Positions 1 to 8,520 of a DNA stretch of 30,539 nucleotides are shown here, one piece after another. How positions within the stretch are numbered: the first letter of the stretch is position 1; every line of letters starts with the position of its first letter. The DNA comes from a virus (Duplodnaviria; Caudoviricetes): IMG/VR virus record IMGVR_UViG_3300043184_000049, positions 1-30,539 of that record, one strand, 5' to 3'. Below the pieces are notes generated by a model that ran no database searches, was not told the DNA's origin, and worked only from the letters and a program-made list of their open reading frames with translations. The position numbers and the translations under genes are program-made.

Positions 1-1
1 C

Positions 2-127
2 CACGCTGCCGCGACGGGCACCCGCGGCCACGCTGCCGCGACGGGCGACAGCGGCCACGCTGCCGCGACGGGCACCCGCGGCCACGCTGCCGCGACGGGC
101 TACGGCGGCCACGCTGCCGCGACGGGC
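2..127 (+). repeat. 27-bp coding tandem repeat, at least 4.7 copies (CACGCTGCCGCGACGGGC-N6-GGC)
   Basis: Units start at 2, 29, 56, 83 and 110. 21 nt per unit are invariant and 6 nt vary. The array is cut by the window edge. Confidence 0.95.
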
Positions 128-325
128 AAGCAGGCGATCGCTGCGTCTCTCGGGTGGGGCGGCACCGCCACTGCCGGCCCCGATGGCTGGATCGTGCTGG
201 CCGCGCACGACAGTGAAGGCAACCTGCTGCTGGTGCAGACCGGCAAGGTCGGCACCGACGGCATCGAGGCGGGCAAGCGCTACCGCCTGACGCGCGATGG
301 CCTGCTCAAGGAGGTGCGGGCATGA
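2..325 (+). CDS. 5'-truncated phage protein with 9-aa (HAAATGxxG) repeats followed by a C-terminal domain ending ...VGTDGIEAGKRYRLTRDGLLKEVRA
   Basis: Frame +2 is open from base 2 to TGA at 323-325 and is absent from the ORF track because it has no start. The translation HAAATGTRG-HAAATGDSG-HAAATGTRG-HAAATGYGG-HAAATGKQ resembles the SATGxxG-repeat proteins of phage early regions. The stop overlaps the next ATG (ATGA). Confidence 0.8.
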   Translation, partial: HAAATGTRGHAAATGDSGHAAATGTRGHAAATGYGGHAAATGKQAIAASLGWGGTATAGPDGWIVLAAHDSEGNLLLVQTGKVGTDGIEAGKRYRLTRDGLLKEVRA

Positions 326-513
326 CCCCCGCCGTCCCCCCGAAGCCGCGCCACCCGTGGAAGGGTGGCACGGGCGCGCACCCGATCGTGCGGCGCGATC
401 TCGACTTGCCGGAGAACGACGCGCACATAGCCGTCGATCACGCCGTTGCCCGCGGCGAGCGCGAGCCGGTCAACGGCGGCTACTGGCTGGTTCGCGCTCC
501 AGGGGCGGAGTAG
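322..513 (+). CDS. hypothetical protein (63 aa)
   Basis: ATGA overlap with the upstream gene and a GGAGG RBS at 310-314. Its stop lies 1 nt from the convergent gene's stop. Confidence 0.65.
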   Translation: MTPAVPPKPRHPWKGGTGAHPIVRRDLDLPENDAHIAVDHAVARGEREPVNGGYWLVRAPGAE

Positions 514-514
514 C

Positions 515-1702
515 CTAGGGGTCGTTGGCCGCCGCTGCCGGCACGGTGGCGGCCAACATGCCCTTCAGCCCATGCCTGGCAAGGAACCGGCGCACCTCTT
601 CCAAACCGGCACCGTAATCGGGCACCAAGCGACCCTGGCCACGTTCATAGGGCGGCCGGTTACGCCGTGGATCGTGCGCCATGAACACCACATCCGGCCG
701 TCCCTGGTTCCACGCGCCAAAGCGCTCGTAATCCAAGCCTGGCGGCGCGAATTCGTCGTTGAACGGCGTGCGCGCGATCACGCGGAAGTTCGAGCGGCTG
801 TAGATGTCCGGCAACTGTGTATCGAACGCATCCAGCCGCCGCCCACCTTCCTGCACCGCCAGCGGCAGGGCCGCATCGGCGAACCCCTTGTGCGGGCTGT
901 CGTCGGCCTTGAAGACGCCCACGATGTCATCGTCAGCCAAGGCAAACCCTGCCGTGCGGTCCGGCGGCATGAACAGCCTCTTGCCAGAGGTGTATTCATC
1001 CGGCGAGCCGACATAGACGGCAGCGCCATACCGGTTCGTCGCCGCGTGCTGCGCCAATGCGCGTTGGTAGGCCCCACCGCCCAGACGCGGGTCAATCTCC
1101 CTCATCTCGTTCAGGCCAGGACCGCGGCGGGCGAAGGCGGCTAGCTCGTCTTCACGCAGTATTCTGCTTCTTCGCGAGTCAGGTTGGGGTTGAGCCGCAT
1201 CAGCCATTCCGCGGTCAACGGATCGTTGCCCGGCTCCGGGTCCGGCATCGGTCGCGGCACGACCGTCCGGCCCTTCGGCGCCCGGGGTTTTGGTGTCTCG
1301 GCCATATCTCACCCTCGCTTTTTCGCCCGCCTCGGTCAACAGCCCGCCGACGCGGCGCCACAGCGGCGCGGCCTCCGCCTCGCTCGGTTCGGCCGCCGCC
1401 AACAGGCCCGCGCCGATCGCGCGTGCGGGCACCCGCAGGGGCGCGGCAGCGACCATCAGGGCAGCGTCCAGCGGCGACTGCGGCACCACCAGGTCGGCGG
1501 CGCCGCGGGCAAGCGCGCCGGCTGCCGTCGTCAGGGCCTCGCGCTGTTCCGGCCACGTGGGGTCGTCGGTGCGGCCCATCTGCTTGCGCATGCGGGCCAG
1601 CAGGCGCGCGTCATACTCATCGTCCGCCAGCAGCCCGCTAGGCGGCAGGGCGTTGACACGCGGGCCTGGGATCGGCTCGGGCGCGGGGCGGCGGTAGGTC
1701 AT
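515..1702 (-). CDS. Protein with low-complexity N-terminus and C-terminal GNAT-like domain of the type found in phage polyvalent/ejected proteins (395 aa)
   Basis: Start reassigned to ATG 1702 (ATGA overlap with upstream stop 1699-1701). C-terminal motifs: RLFMPPDRTAGFAL..DIVGVF, LAVQEGGRRLDAFDTQLPDIYSRSNFRVIAR, GRPDVVFM. Confidence 0.7.
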   Translation of the reverse strand: MTYRRPAPEPIPGPRVNALPPSGLLADDEYDARLLARMRKQMGRTDDPTWPEQREALTTAAGALARGAADLVVPQSPLDAALMVAAAPLRVPARAIGAGLLAAAEPSEAEAAPLWRRVGGLLTEAGEKARVRYGRDTKTPGAEGPDGRAATDAGPGAGQRSVDRGMADAAQPQPDSRRSRILREDELAAFARRGPGLNEMREIDPRLGGGAYQRALAQHAATNRYGAAVYVGSPDEYTSGKRLFMPPDRTAGFALADDDIVGVFKADDSPHKGFADAALPLAVQEGGRRLDAFDTQLPDIYSRSNFRVIARTPFNDEFAPPGLDYERFGAWNQGRPDVVFMAHDPRRNRPPYERGQGRLVPDYGAGLEEVRRFLARHGLKGMLAATVPAAAANDP

Positions 1703-3000
1703 GCAAACAGCCGCGCGCCGGCCAACATCACGGGAACGGCGGCTTCGGCGGCCCTGTTGGTGACGTGAGAACCATCGGTAGTGAACCAAAACGGAACACC
1801 CTGCCCGCTCACGCGATACTTGTGTGCCTCATTGGGGTCAGACCACACGCCCCCGATGTCGATGAAGCCGGTCAGGGGAAACACCTTGCCCCTGATTTGG
1901 TCGTTCATCCGCCAGCGCACGCCGGCCGTATCGGGGTTCTGTGGCGAGGAGCCGTCCAGCGGGTCGGGCAGGCCGCCGGAGCCGTCCGTCTGGTTTGCCA
2001 GGGTGGCCCAGTTGTCGGGGCTGCCGTTGGCCGGGCGAGGGCCGATGACCGTCTGGACGATGGCCACGTTGCGCTTCGTGCGCAGGTAGTTCCACCAGTT
2101 GGGCAGGACACCCGAGAGGGCGCCCCAACTGGCGGCGCTGCCGTAGGCCGAGTTGTGGCCGTGCTGCGTCAAGTGGGTGGTGGCGAAGGGCATGAGGGTC
2201 GCCCGGTTGGCGTAGTTGGCGTCACCAGTGGCTTGCTGCGGGTTCGACCCGGCGACGCCCACCATGGCGTAGGGGTAGCCCAGTTGATACAGGCCGCGCT
2301 GGTAGGCGCCCGAATTGCCGAAGCCGTCGCCGGTGTCGTCGCCGCCGCGGCTGATGCTGTCGCCGTGCAGCAGCACGGAGATGGTGCGTCCCTCGACCGT
2401 CTCGGCCGTCATCGCGAAGCAGCTATATGTCGCTGTCTGGCCGGTGAAGTCGCCCACCTCGCCCCACGGGATGTCCGTGAAGGCGAGCGCCTGGTGGCCC
2501 CCGGGGGTCGCGCCGTTGTAGCGAAACATCCGTCGCCCGCCGATGCCACCGGGGCGGACGCCGCCGGCAGCCACTTCGCTTTCCACGCAGACCCACACCT
2601 CGGTGCCAGACGGGATCACGCCGGGCGAGGCGACCAGCGCATCGGATACCAGCACGCCGCCCGATGGCACGGTGCCCGTTGCGTTGCCGCTGAACAGGAC
2701 CGTGCGTTCGACCTCGCTGGGCACCCGCATGAGTTTCAGGCGGGCGCGGACAGCGATGGTGTTCCCGGTGGCAACCTCAGTGCTAACGTTGCCGGCCGCC
2801 GGCGTCCATCCTGGGAAGTGCAGGCGGAGGTTGCGCAGGGGGAGCAGCGGCGTTCGGATGCGGAAGAAGTGCGTTTGGAACACCTGCCCCGATGTGACGG
2901 TAGGCACGGACGCCCCGATCTGGGGCGCCCCCAAGGCGTTCGCGGCGAACACCTGCTGGCCCGCCTGGGTGCGCGGAAAGATGTGCGGCGTGCACAACAT
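1699..3000 (-). CDS. SGNH/GDSL hydrolase (putative virion-associated esterase/deacetylase)
   Basis: All four SGNH blocks are present: LLHGDSIS (Ser), VGVAGS, QHGHNS and TDGSH (DxxH). The N-terminal domain is beta-rich. TGATG coupling with the upstream gene. Confidence 0.85.
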   Translation of the reverse strand: MLCTPHIFPRTQAGQQVFAANALGAPQIGASVPTVTSGQVFQTHFFRIRTPLLPLRNLRLHFPGWTPAAGNVSTEVATGNTIAVRARLKLMRVPSEVERTVLFSGNATGTVPSGGVLVSDALVASPGVIPSGTEVWVCVESEVAAGGVRPGGIGGRRMFRYNGATPGGHQALAFTDIPWGEVGDFTGQTATYSCFAMTAETVEGRTISVLLHGDSISRGGDDTGDGFGNSGAYQRGLYQLGYPYAMVGVAGSNPQQATGDANYANRATLMPFATTHLTQHGHNSAYGSAASWGALSGVLPNWWNYLRTKRNVAIVQTVIGPRPANGSPDNWATLANQTDGSGGLPDPLDGSSPQNPDTAGVRWRMNDQIRGKVFPLTGFIDIGGVWSDPNEAHKYRVSGQGVPFWFTTDGSHVTNRAAEAAVPVMLAGARLFA

Positions 3001-4292
3001 CAGACGCCGCCGCGCGCGCGCAGGAAATCCATGGCGGCCTTCGCCGCGCCGCCGGTGAGGTTGTCGCTCCCGTCAACCGTGTAGGCCAGGGCCTGGTTGC
3101 CGCCCAGCACGTCGCCGATCAGGCCGGCGCCGGTGTTCGACCAGTATTCCGAGGGCGCCGCCAGGCGGCGGTTCGCACCAAGGTAGACACCGCCGACGGT
3201 GATATTGCCCGCAAGGCCGGCCGCGGCGTTCACCGACACGCGCACCCCGTTTATGAACTGCGCCAGCTCGGTGCCGTTGAAGATGGCCATGTGCACGTAG
3301 ATGCCGTTGATAGCCACGGTGCCGCCCGCGCCCGCGCTGGCGAAGTTGGCGTTGGCGTCAGCGCGCGAAGCCTGGAAGGCGGCCGTCGAAGTCTTCATCT
3401 CGATCGCGCTGTCGGCCGTGGCGCTGCCGGCCGAGATGCCGAACGCGGTGCGGGTCGAGGTGTTGTGCCCCGCGCGCACCAGGGTGGCCACGGTGAAGGG
3501 CTGGTTGACGCCCTCGAACGGCGTGCGCGCGCCCGCCTGGGTGCAGGCGAGAATGCTCGTGCTGATCGGGATAGACTTGCGGCCGTTCAGGCTGGTGGCG
3601 TTACGAGCCGACGGCAGTGTGAGGGCGCCGTCCTGAACGAACGCGAAGCCCGCAACCTTGTCGGTGATCTGCGTGATGTTGGCCCCTTCGGCGACCAGGC
3701 TGTCCTCGTTCGGATCAACCCAGAACACCAGGCCGGGCCAGCCGGTCAGCGGATTGAACACCGGCGCCTGCACCGGCAGCGGCGTATACCCCGCCCGGCG
3801 ACCAACGATGCTGAGCTTGTAGCCGCGGCCGGCCTGCGTGCTGCCCACTGCGTCCAGGTCGAACGTCACCCGGTCGCCCTGGTTGATCTGCGGGATCAGG
3901 ATTGCCGGCTGCTGGGGTGCAACCTGCGTCCCGGCAGGGATGACCTGTGCGTTGTCCAGCAGCGGCAGGCCGTTCACCCGCGCGTTCAGCGCCGCGTCGC
4001 TGCCGGTCGGGGCAGCGGTCGCCATGGCCAGCGTGCCTTCGACGCTCTGCGTGATGGGCCAAGTGACGGTCAGCTTGTTTGCGCCGGCCAGCGCGTCGGT
4101 GGTTTCGTCGGTAAGGGGGTAGAACATCGGTTCGTCGTCCTCCACGGGGGTGCCCATCGGCTCGATCGGCGGCGGCGGCGCGCCGGTGCTGGCGCCGCCC
4201 ACCAGGTAGTGTTCCGGCACGCCGCACGGCACGCGCCGGGGCGCGCCCCACATGTCCCGCGCGGCGCGGCGGATGTCGCGCTTCGATACCAT
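3000..4292 (-). CDS. Virion/tail protein with C-terminal LamG/concanavalin-A-like domain (430 aa)
   Basis: Start reassigned to ATG 4292 (TGATG with holin stop). PGLVFWVDP..ITQITDK, PFTVATLVR, HMAIFNGTELAQFINGV and GVYLGA are typical of phage LamG-like domains. Confidence 0.7.
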   Translation of the reverse strand: MVSKRDIRRAARDMWGAPRRVPCGVPEHYLVGGASTGAPPPPIEPMGTPVEDDEPMFYPLTDETTDALAGANKLTVTWPITQSVEGTLAMATAAPTGSDAALNARVNGLPLLDNAQVIPAGTQVAPQQPAILIPQINQGDRVTFDLDAVGSTQAGRGYKLSIVGRRAGYTPLPVQAPVFNPLTGWPGLVFWVDPNEDSLVAEGANITQITDKVAGFAFVQDGALTLPSARNATSLNGRKSIPISTSILACTQAGARTPFEGVNQPFTVATLVRAGHNTSTRTAFGISAGSATADSAIEMKTSTAAFQASRADANANFASAGAGGTVAINGIYVHMAIFNGTELAQFINGVRVSVNAAAGLAGNITVGGVYLGANRRLAAPSEYWSNTGAGLIGDVLGGNQALAYTVDGSDNLTGGAAKAAMDFLRARGGV

Positions 4293-4684
4293 CAGCGGCG
4301 CCGCACCGCTTCGGCGACCGCTGGCAGCACCTTCTCGGCCGACCGGCCGATCACATAGCCGCCGATCCCCAGTTCGACGATCGACCACAGCTTGATCACC
4401 TCGGCCTCGCTCAGGCCGGGCGCGCTGTAGCCCAGCCACCGGGCGACAATCAGCGCGCCGAAGGTCAACATCAGGATCGGCCGCCAGGATGACGTCAGCC
4501 AGTGCTCGCTCTCGGCCTCGGCCTTCACGATCGCCGCCGCGGCGTGCTCCATCTCGCCCTGCCGCTTCAGCAGTTCGAGTTGCAGTTCCATCTGCGCCTT
4601 GGCCGCCTGTTCCGGGTCGGGGAACAGACGCTTCACCACGTCCCCGATGATCGGGAACAGCGCGGGCAGCAGGGCTGCGATCAC
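4292..4684 (-). CDS. Holin, 3TM/GTA-holin type (130 aa)
   Basis: GTG 4684 with a GAGGAG RBS and GTGA overlap. Family signature VKRLFPDP...IVKAEAESEHWLTSSWRPILM...LGIGGYVIGRSAEK. Confidence 0.85.
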   Translation of the reverse strand: MIAALLPALFPIIGDVVKRLFPDPEQAAKAQMELQLELLKRQGEMEHAAAAIVKAEAESEHWLTSSWRPILMLTFGALIVARWLGYSAPGLSEAEVIKLWSIVELGIGGYVIGRSAEKVLPAVAEAVRRR

Positions 4685-4827
4685 GTGCGCTTCTCCTCGA
4701 CCGCCGAGGCCTGCGGCGGCTCGATGACGGGCGGGCACACCCAGACGAAGAACGGTCCGGCCGGGCCGGCAAATTCCGCCGGTGCGCAGCCAAGGGAAAG
4801 CAGCAGGGCAGCGATCGCGGCGGGCAT
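4681..4827 (-). CDS. Small Pro-rich predicted lipoprotein (48 aa), possible o-spanin
   Basis: MPAAIAALLLSLGC carries a lipobox-like SLGC and the mature part is Pro-rich. GAGGT lies upstream and the stop overlaps the holin start. Confidence 0.5.
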   Translation of the reverse strand: MPAAIAALLLSLGCAPAEFAGPAGPFFVWVCPPVIEPPQASAVEEKRT

Positions 4828-4840
4828 GCTTCGGGCTACC

Positions 4841-6796
4841 TCACTGCTGCGGCAGCGCGTCAATCACGCTGTTGCGGAACGTCTCGATTTCGTTGCGCAG
4901 TTCGGGGTTGGCCTGCGCCACCGCGCCCAGCCGCGCAAGCTGCGCGGCTACGCTGTTCACGTTGTCGGCGGGCAGCCGCGCGGTGCTGGTCAGCCAGCGC
5001 ACGAACGGGCGGCTTTCCAGCAGCCGCGCCGAGACGTTGCCGAACAACGACGTGGCCAGCCCGCCCGCTAGGCCGGTCACCGCATCGCCCAGCGAACTGC
5101 CCGCCACGCCGCCGCCGCCCATCATCGCCAGCGTGCCCAGCATGGCACTGCTGCCGCGCGGCTCGCGCGAGGCCGCGTCGCGCATCGACGCCATCACGCG
5201 CGCGAAGCTGTCCAACGCCTCGCGCGTGCCGTCGAACCGGGTGCCGCTGAACAGCGTGCGCCGCGCGCCTTCCGTCATGCTCTCCCAGTTGGAAAGCCAC
5301 ACGGCAGGGCTGAAAACCTCGCGCTGTGCGCCAGCGCCCGTCTGCAACGGCGCGAAGCCCATCTGCCGCAGCGTGCTGCCGGCGATCTGGTCCCATTGCC
5401 CCGGTTCGGCGAAGCTGCGCAGATAGGCAAGCTGCTTCGCGTCCTGCCGCGCGCCCGACATCGCCAGCGACATGACCCGGCCGGGCAGCGCATCGGGGTT
5501 CGCGAAATCCATCAGCGCTGCACCGGGGCCGCCGGCCGCGCGGAACGAGGAGACGAACGCGTCATGTCGGCGCAGCGCTTCCTGCGCAGCCGGGCCGGCC
5601 GATGTTGCCGCCTCGCTGATCGTCTCCGAAAGCTCACCATACAGGCGTTGCAGCGCCGGCACACCAACAGGGTTCGTGCCGCCGGGCACTGCCCACCCGG
5701 CTTCCTTGCCAACATCCGTGCGCAGTGCCCGCACCACGTCGAATGGCACCGCGCCGCCGCTCTGCGCCGCGTCGTTCAGCACGCCGTCCAGCCGCTGAAG
5801 CGCCGCCTGGTAGCGCGGCGCCAGCGACGTGGGTGCGCGCGCAAGCTCGCCCTGAAGCTGCGTTTGCAACTGCGCCAGCCGCGCCACCGGCACGGCCGTG
5901 CCGGCGCCGATGGCGCCGTTCAGCGCCACGTCGAGAGCCTCGCGGCGCGTCTCGAAATTGCGGATGCCCGTCTCCGCCGCCGTCTTCAGGCCGCGGCCCA
6001 GACCTTCGCGCGACAACAGCGCTTGCGTGCGGCCGGATGCATTCGCCACACCCTGCGCCATCGCGCGATTGGCGCCATCGCTCTGCGCCACTGCCGTCTC
6101 GATGGCGCGGTCAACCACGGGTGCCGATGGCGGGAAGGCGCGCAACGCGCCCTCGGCCCGCTGCACCGCCGGGTTGGCGGTGGCGGCACCGGCCGGCAAG
6201 TCAATGCCGAACTGGTTCGCTGCCTGCTGCGGGTTCACGTCCTGCATGCGCCCGCCGAACAGGTAGCGTCGCGCCGGGCCGATACCGCGACGGATTTGCT
6301 GCGCGGCCAAGTTGCCCAGGCCCGGCGCCACCGCATTCAAGCCGACGCTCATGGATAGGTCGCGCACCGTCGCCGCCACGTCGCGCGTGTCGCGTGCGCC
6401 GCTCAGGGCTTGATAGGTCTGTTCGCCCGCCGTGGCCCCCAGGCCGATGCCGGCGGCGATGCCGACGGGGCCGGATGGGGCAGCCGCCGCCGCCCCGATC
6501 GCGCCGCCCGCCGCGCCCGCGATCTCCCGGCCTACGCTGGCAACGTCGCCCACATCCAGGCCCGGCGGGTTATACAGCTTGCGCTGCCCGGTGCGCGGAT
6601 CGGTGTAGATGAAGTTGCCGTCGCCGGTCGGCGCGGCATCAGGAAAAAACCGCCGCACGGTCGCCAGACGGCTGTCGTCGTTCGGTGCCGCGCCGACCGC
6701 GCTGCGCACGTTGTAGGGCGCGCCCGTCTTGCGGTCGATGTTGCCGCGCAGGATGTCGAGCTGCTGGCGCAGCACGCTGTCAGTGATGTTGGTCAT
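4841..6796 (-). CDS. Large DNA-ejection (internal virion) protein, 651 aa
   Basis: Ala/Gly-rich helical protein with two Gly-rich hydrophobic segments. Last gene of the ejection-protein cluster; ATGA-coupled to the upstream gene. Confidence 0.7.
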   Translation of the reverse strand: MTNITDSVLRQQLDILRGNIDRKTGAPYNVRSAVGAAPNDDSRLATVRRFFPDAAPTGDGNFIYTDPRTGQRKLYNPPGLDVGDVASVGREIAGAAGGAIGAAAAAPSGPVGIAAGIGLGATAGEQTYQALSGARDTRDVAATVRDLSMSVGLNAVAPGLGNLAAQQIRRGIGPARRYLFGGRMQDVNPQQAANQFGIDLPAGAATANPAVQRAEGALRAFPPSAPVVDRAIETAVAQSDGANRAMAQGVANASGRTQALLSREGLGRGLKTAAETGIRNFETRREALDVALNGAIGAGTAVPVARLAQLQTQLQGELARAPTSLAPRYQAALQRLDGVLNDAAQSGGAVPFDVVRALRTDVGKEAGWAVPGGTNPVGVPALQRLYGELSETISEAATSAGPAAQEALRRHDAFVSSFRAAGGPGAALMDFANPDALPGRVMSLAMSGARQDAKQLAYLRSFAEPGQWDQIAGSTLRQMGFAPLQTGAGAQREVFSPAVWLSNWESMTEGARRTLFSGTRFDGTREALDSFARVMASMRDAASREPRGSSAMLGTLAMMGGGGVAGSSLGDAVTGLAGGLATSLFGNVSARLLESRPFVRWLTSTARLPADNVNSVAAQLARLGAVAQANPELRNEIETFRNSVIDALPQQ

Positions 6797-8514
6797 CGGC
6801 GGTTCCGGCGCGCGATCTCGCGCGCAATCGCGGCACGCTCGGCCGGCGGCACCTTGTCAGGGTTGGCCAGCGCATAGTCGGCCGCGGCGGCAAGCTGATT
6901 GGCGGGCAGTGCAGTGAGCGCCGCCTGTGTCCAGCCGTTGCCGGGCCGGGTGCCGGCGTCGGCCGGCAGGTCGGTGCTGTCGCGCCGCGGCCGGCCCGTG
7001 GGCCGCACCTCCGGCGCCACATCCTCGGGGTTCAGGCCGGCGCGCTGCGCCATCTCGCGGAACCGGCGCGATGCCGCGACCACATCGTCCTCGTATACAC
7101 GGAACCGGCCCTCCGCCTCGGCGCGCAGGGCCGCGCGCACGTCGGGCGTCAGCGCCGCACCGCCCGTCAGGCGGCTGACATAGCCTTGCAGCGTGTCGAA
7201 CACGCCGCCGGTGCGCTGGATCGTCGCGGCCTCGCCTTCGCGCACGACACTGGTCGGGTCAAGGAGCTTGGCGAACGCGAACACCAGGTTCAGGTCGCTG
7301 GCGATCGAGTTCACGCCCTGGCTTTCGCGGATCGCCTCGATGTTCGGCCGGGCCAGGTTGAACGCCTGCACCGCGGAACTGCTGGTGTAGTCAGTGCGCA
7401 GCGCGCGCGTGCGCTCGAACCCCTTGTCGTCGCGATCGCTGGCGGCGCCATAGTCGCGGCCCAGCTCGCCGCCCGGCAGCACCTCGCGCACCCGGCCATC
7501 GGCGACGATCGTCTGCGTGTTGCGCGGCGCGTCGGACCCGGAAGAGCCGTAATCGCGGCCAAGACTTCCGTCCGGCAGAAGCTCGAACACGCGGCCGTTT
7601 GCCGTGACCGTGCGCGTCTGGCGGTTGGCCAACGTGCCTTCCTGTTGCAGCAGCCACGACAGGGCCTTCTCAGGGTCGGCGGCCAGCATGCCCTGGAACG
7701 CGGCCAGCCCTTCGGTGGACAGCGAGGCCAGCACCGGGTTGCCGCGCAGCCGGCCAGTGATCGCAGCGGGCGCCGCGGCGGCTGCCGGCGGCGCGGCCTG
7801 CAGCGCAACCGGTGGCGCGGCAGCTTGTGGCGCAGAACCTGCCCGCACGCCAACAGCGGCGGGCGCCTGTGCGGGCGCGGGCGCGGCCTGGGGGTCAGGC
7901 GCCCCCGCGGGCGGCACCGCATCAGGTGGGCCTGCCTGTGGCGCCACGCGCGGGCCACCCGCGGGGGCGAACGCGCCCTGCACGCGATTGACCATCTGCC
8001 CCGCCGTCAGGCGGGCATAGTGCGGGTTGGCCGTCACGTAGCGCCGCGCCCAGTCGGCGCCCAGCGCCTGTTCCAGCACGGCGGGCAGCGGCGCGTCGGG
8101 GGCGGCGCGCGCAACGGCAGCCGCAGCCGCCGGCCCAAGTTCGTGGGCAAGGCCGATCTCGAATTCCAGCGGGTCGCGGCCAAGCCGCGCGCGCATCGTC
8201 TCGGCGTTGCGCTCGGCCAGCCACAGCGTCGCTTCCTGCGCCTTCTGCGGGTCGTTGCGCTGCGCCAGGATTTGCTCGCGGCTCAGTCCCTGCGCCCACG
8301 CAGGCGAGGCCTGGCGCACATAGCGCAGCCAGGTGTCCTCGACGAACTGGCCGAAGCCCACGCTGCTGCTGTTCGGGTTCCGCGCGCGCCCCTCACGCCG
8401 GTCGATCGCGCCCAGATAGTTCGGGCTGACGGCGTAGCTGCCCGGCTGCGCGGCAGGCGACGCCCCCGGCGGCGAGACACCCGCAGGCGCCCCTACCGCG
8501 GGGGCGGCACCGCT
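6793..8514 (-). CDS. -1-frame part of an ejection protein: lytic transglycosylase domain, Pro/Ala linker, and KLLDPTSVVREGE domain
   Basis: The frame is open well upstream of the track's GTG 8361 and reads ...PNYLGAIDRREGRARNPNSSSVGFGQFVEDTW, giving the catalytic Glu (codon 8394-8392) and GxxQF motif; AHELG follows. There is no ATG/GTG/TTG in this frame between the stop at 8667-8665 and 8361. Confidence 0.8.
   Translation of the reverse strand, partial: SGAAPAVGAPAGVSPPGASPAAQPGSYAVSPNYLGAIDRREGRARNPNSSSVGFGQFVEDTWLRYVRQASPAWAQGLSREQILAQRNDPQKAQEATLWLAERNAETMRARLGRDPLEFEIGLAHELGPAAAAAVARAAPDAPLPAVLEQALGADWARRYVTANPHYARLTAGQMVNRVQGAFAPAGGPRVAPQAGPPDAVPPAGAPDPQAAPAPAQAPAAVGVRAGSAPQAAAPPVALQAAPPAAAAAPAAITGRLRGNPVLASLSTEGLAAFQGMLAADPEKALSWLLQQEGTLANRQTRTVTANGRVFELLPDGSLGRDYGSSGSDAPRNTQTIVADGRVREVLPGGELGRDYGAASDRDDKGFERTRALRTDYTSSSAVQAFNLARPNIEAIRESQGVNSIASDLNLVFAFAKLLDPTSVVREGEAATIQRTGGVFDTLQGYVSRLTGGAALTPDVRAALRAEAEGRFRVYEDDVVAASRRFREMAQRAGLNPEDVAPEVRPTGRPRRDSTDLPADAGTRPGNGWTQAALTALPANQLAAAADYALANPDKVPPAERAAIAREIARRNRR
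7435..7623 (-). repeat. Two copies of an internal protein repeat with 33-aa spacing
   Basis: RQTRTVTANGRVFELLPDGSLGRDYGSSGSD and RNTQTIVADGRVREVLPGGELGRDYGAASD; starts are 99 nt apart (7623, 7524). Confidence 0.85.
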
Positions 8515-8520
8515 AAAGGG
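8461..8520 (-). other. Putative programmed -1 ribosomal frameshift signal: slippery heptamer C_CCT_TTA (8520-8514) plus downstream hairpin (8506-8461)
   Basis: X_XXY_YYZ heptamer in the correct phase of ORF 8945-8493; a -1 slip enters the transglycosylase frame. A 7-nt spacer precedes a stem of about 19 bp. Confidence 0.75.

Noticed and set aside
2-127. Repeat-and-variable pattern resembling a mini CRISPR array
   Set aside because: Variable parts are only 6 nt, the period is 27 nt in frame within a protein, and there are no cas genes.
801-815. Partial motif match (TCCGGCAAC) inside the GNAT-like gene
   Set aside because: Lacks the TAGAC half, has no downstream gene start, and is explained by the QLPD codons.
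8359-8361. GTG 8361 as the true start of the transglycosylase gene
   Set aside because: No SD, and it lies downstream of the predicted catalytic Glu codon (8394-8392).
8482-8506. H-type pseudoknot alternative downstream of the slippery site
   Set aside because: It would need 0- and 1-nt connecting loops; the extended hairpin 8506-8461 pairs more bases. Not computed.
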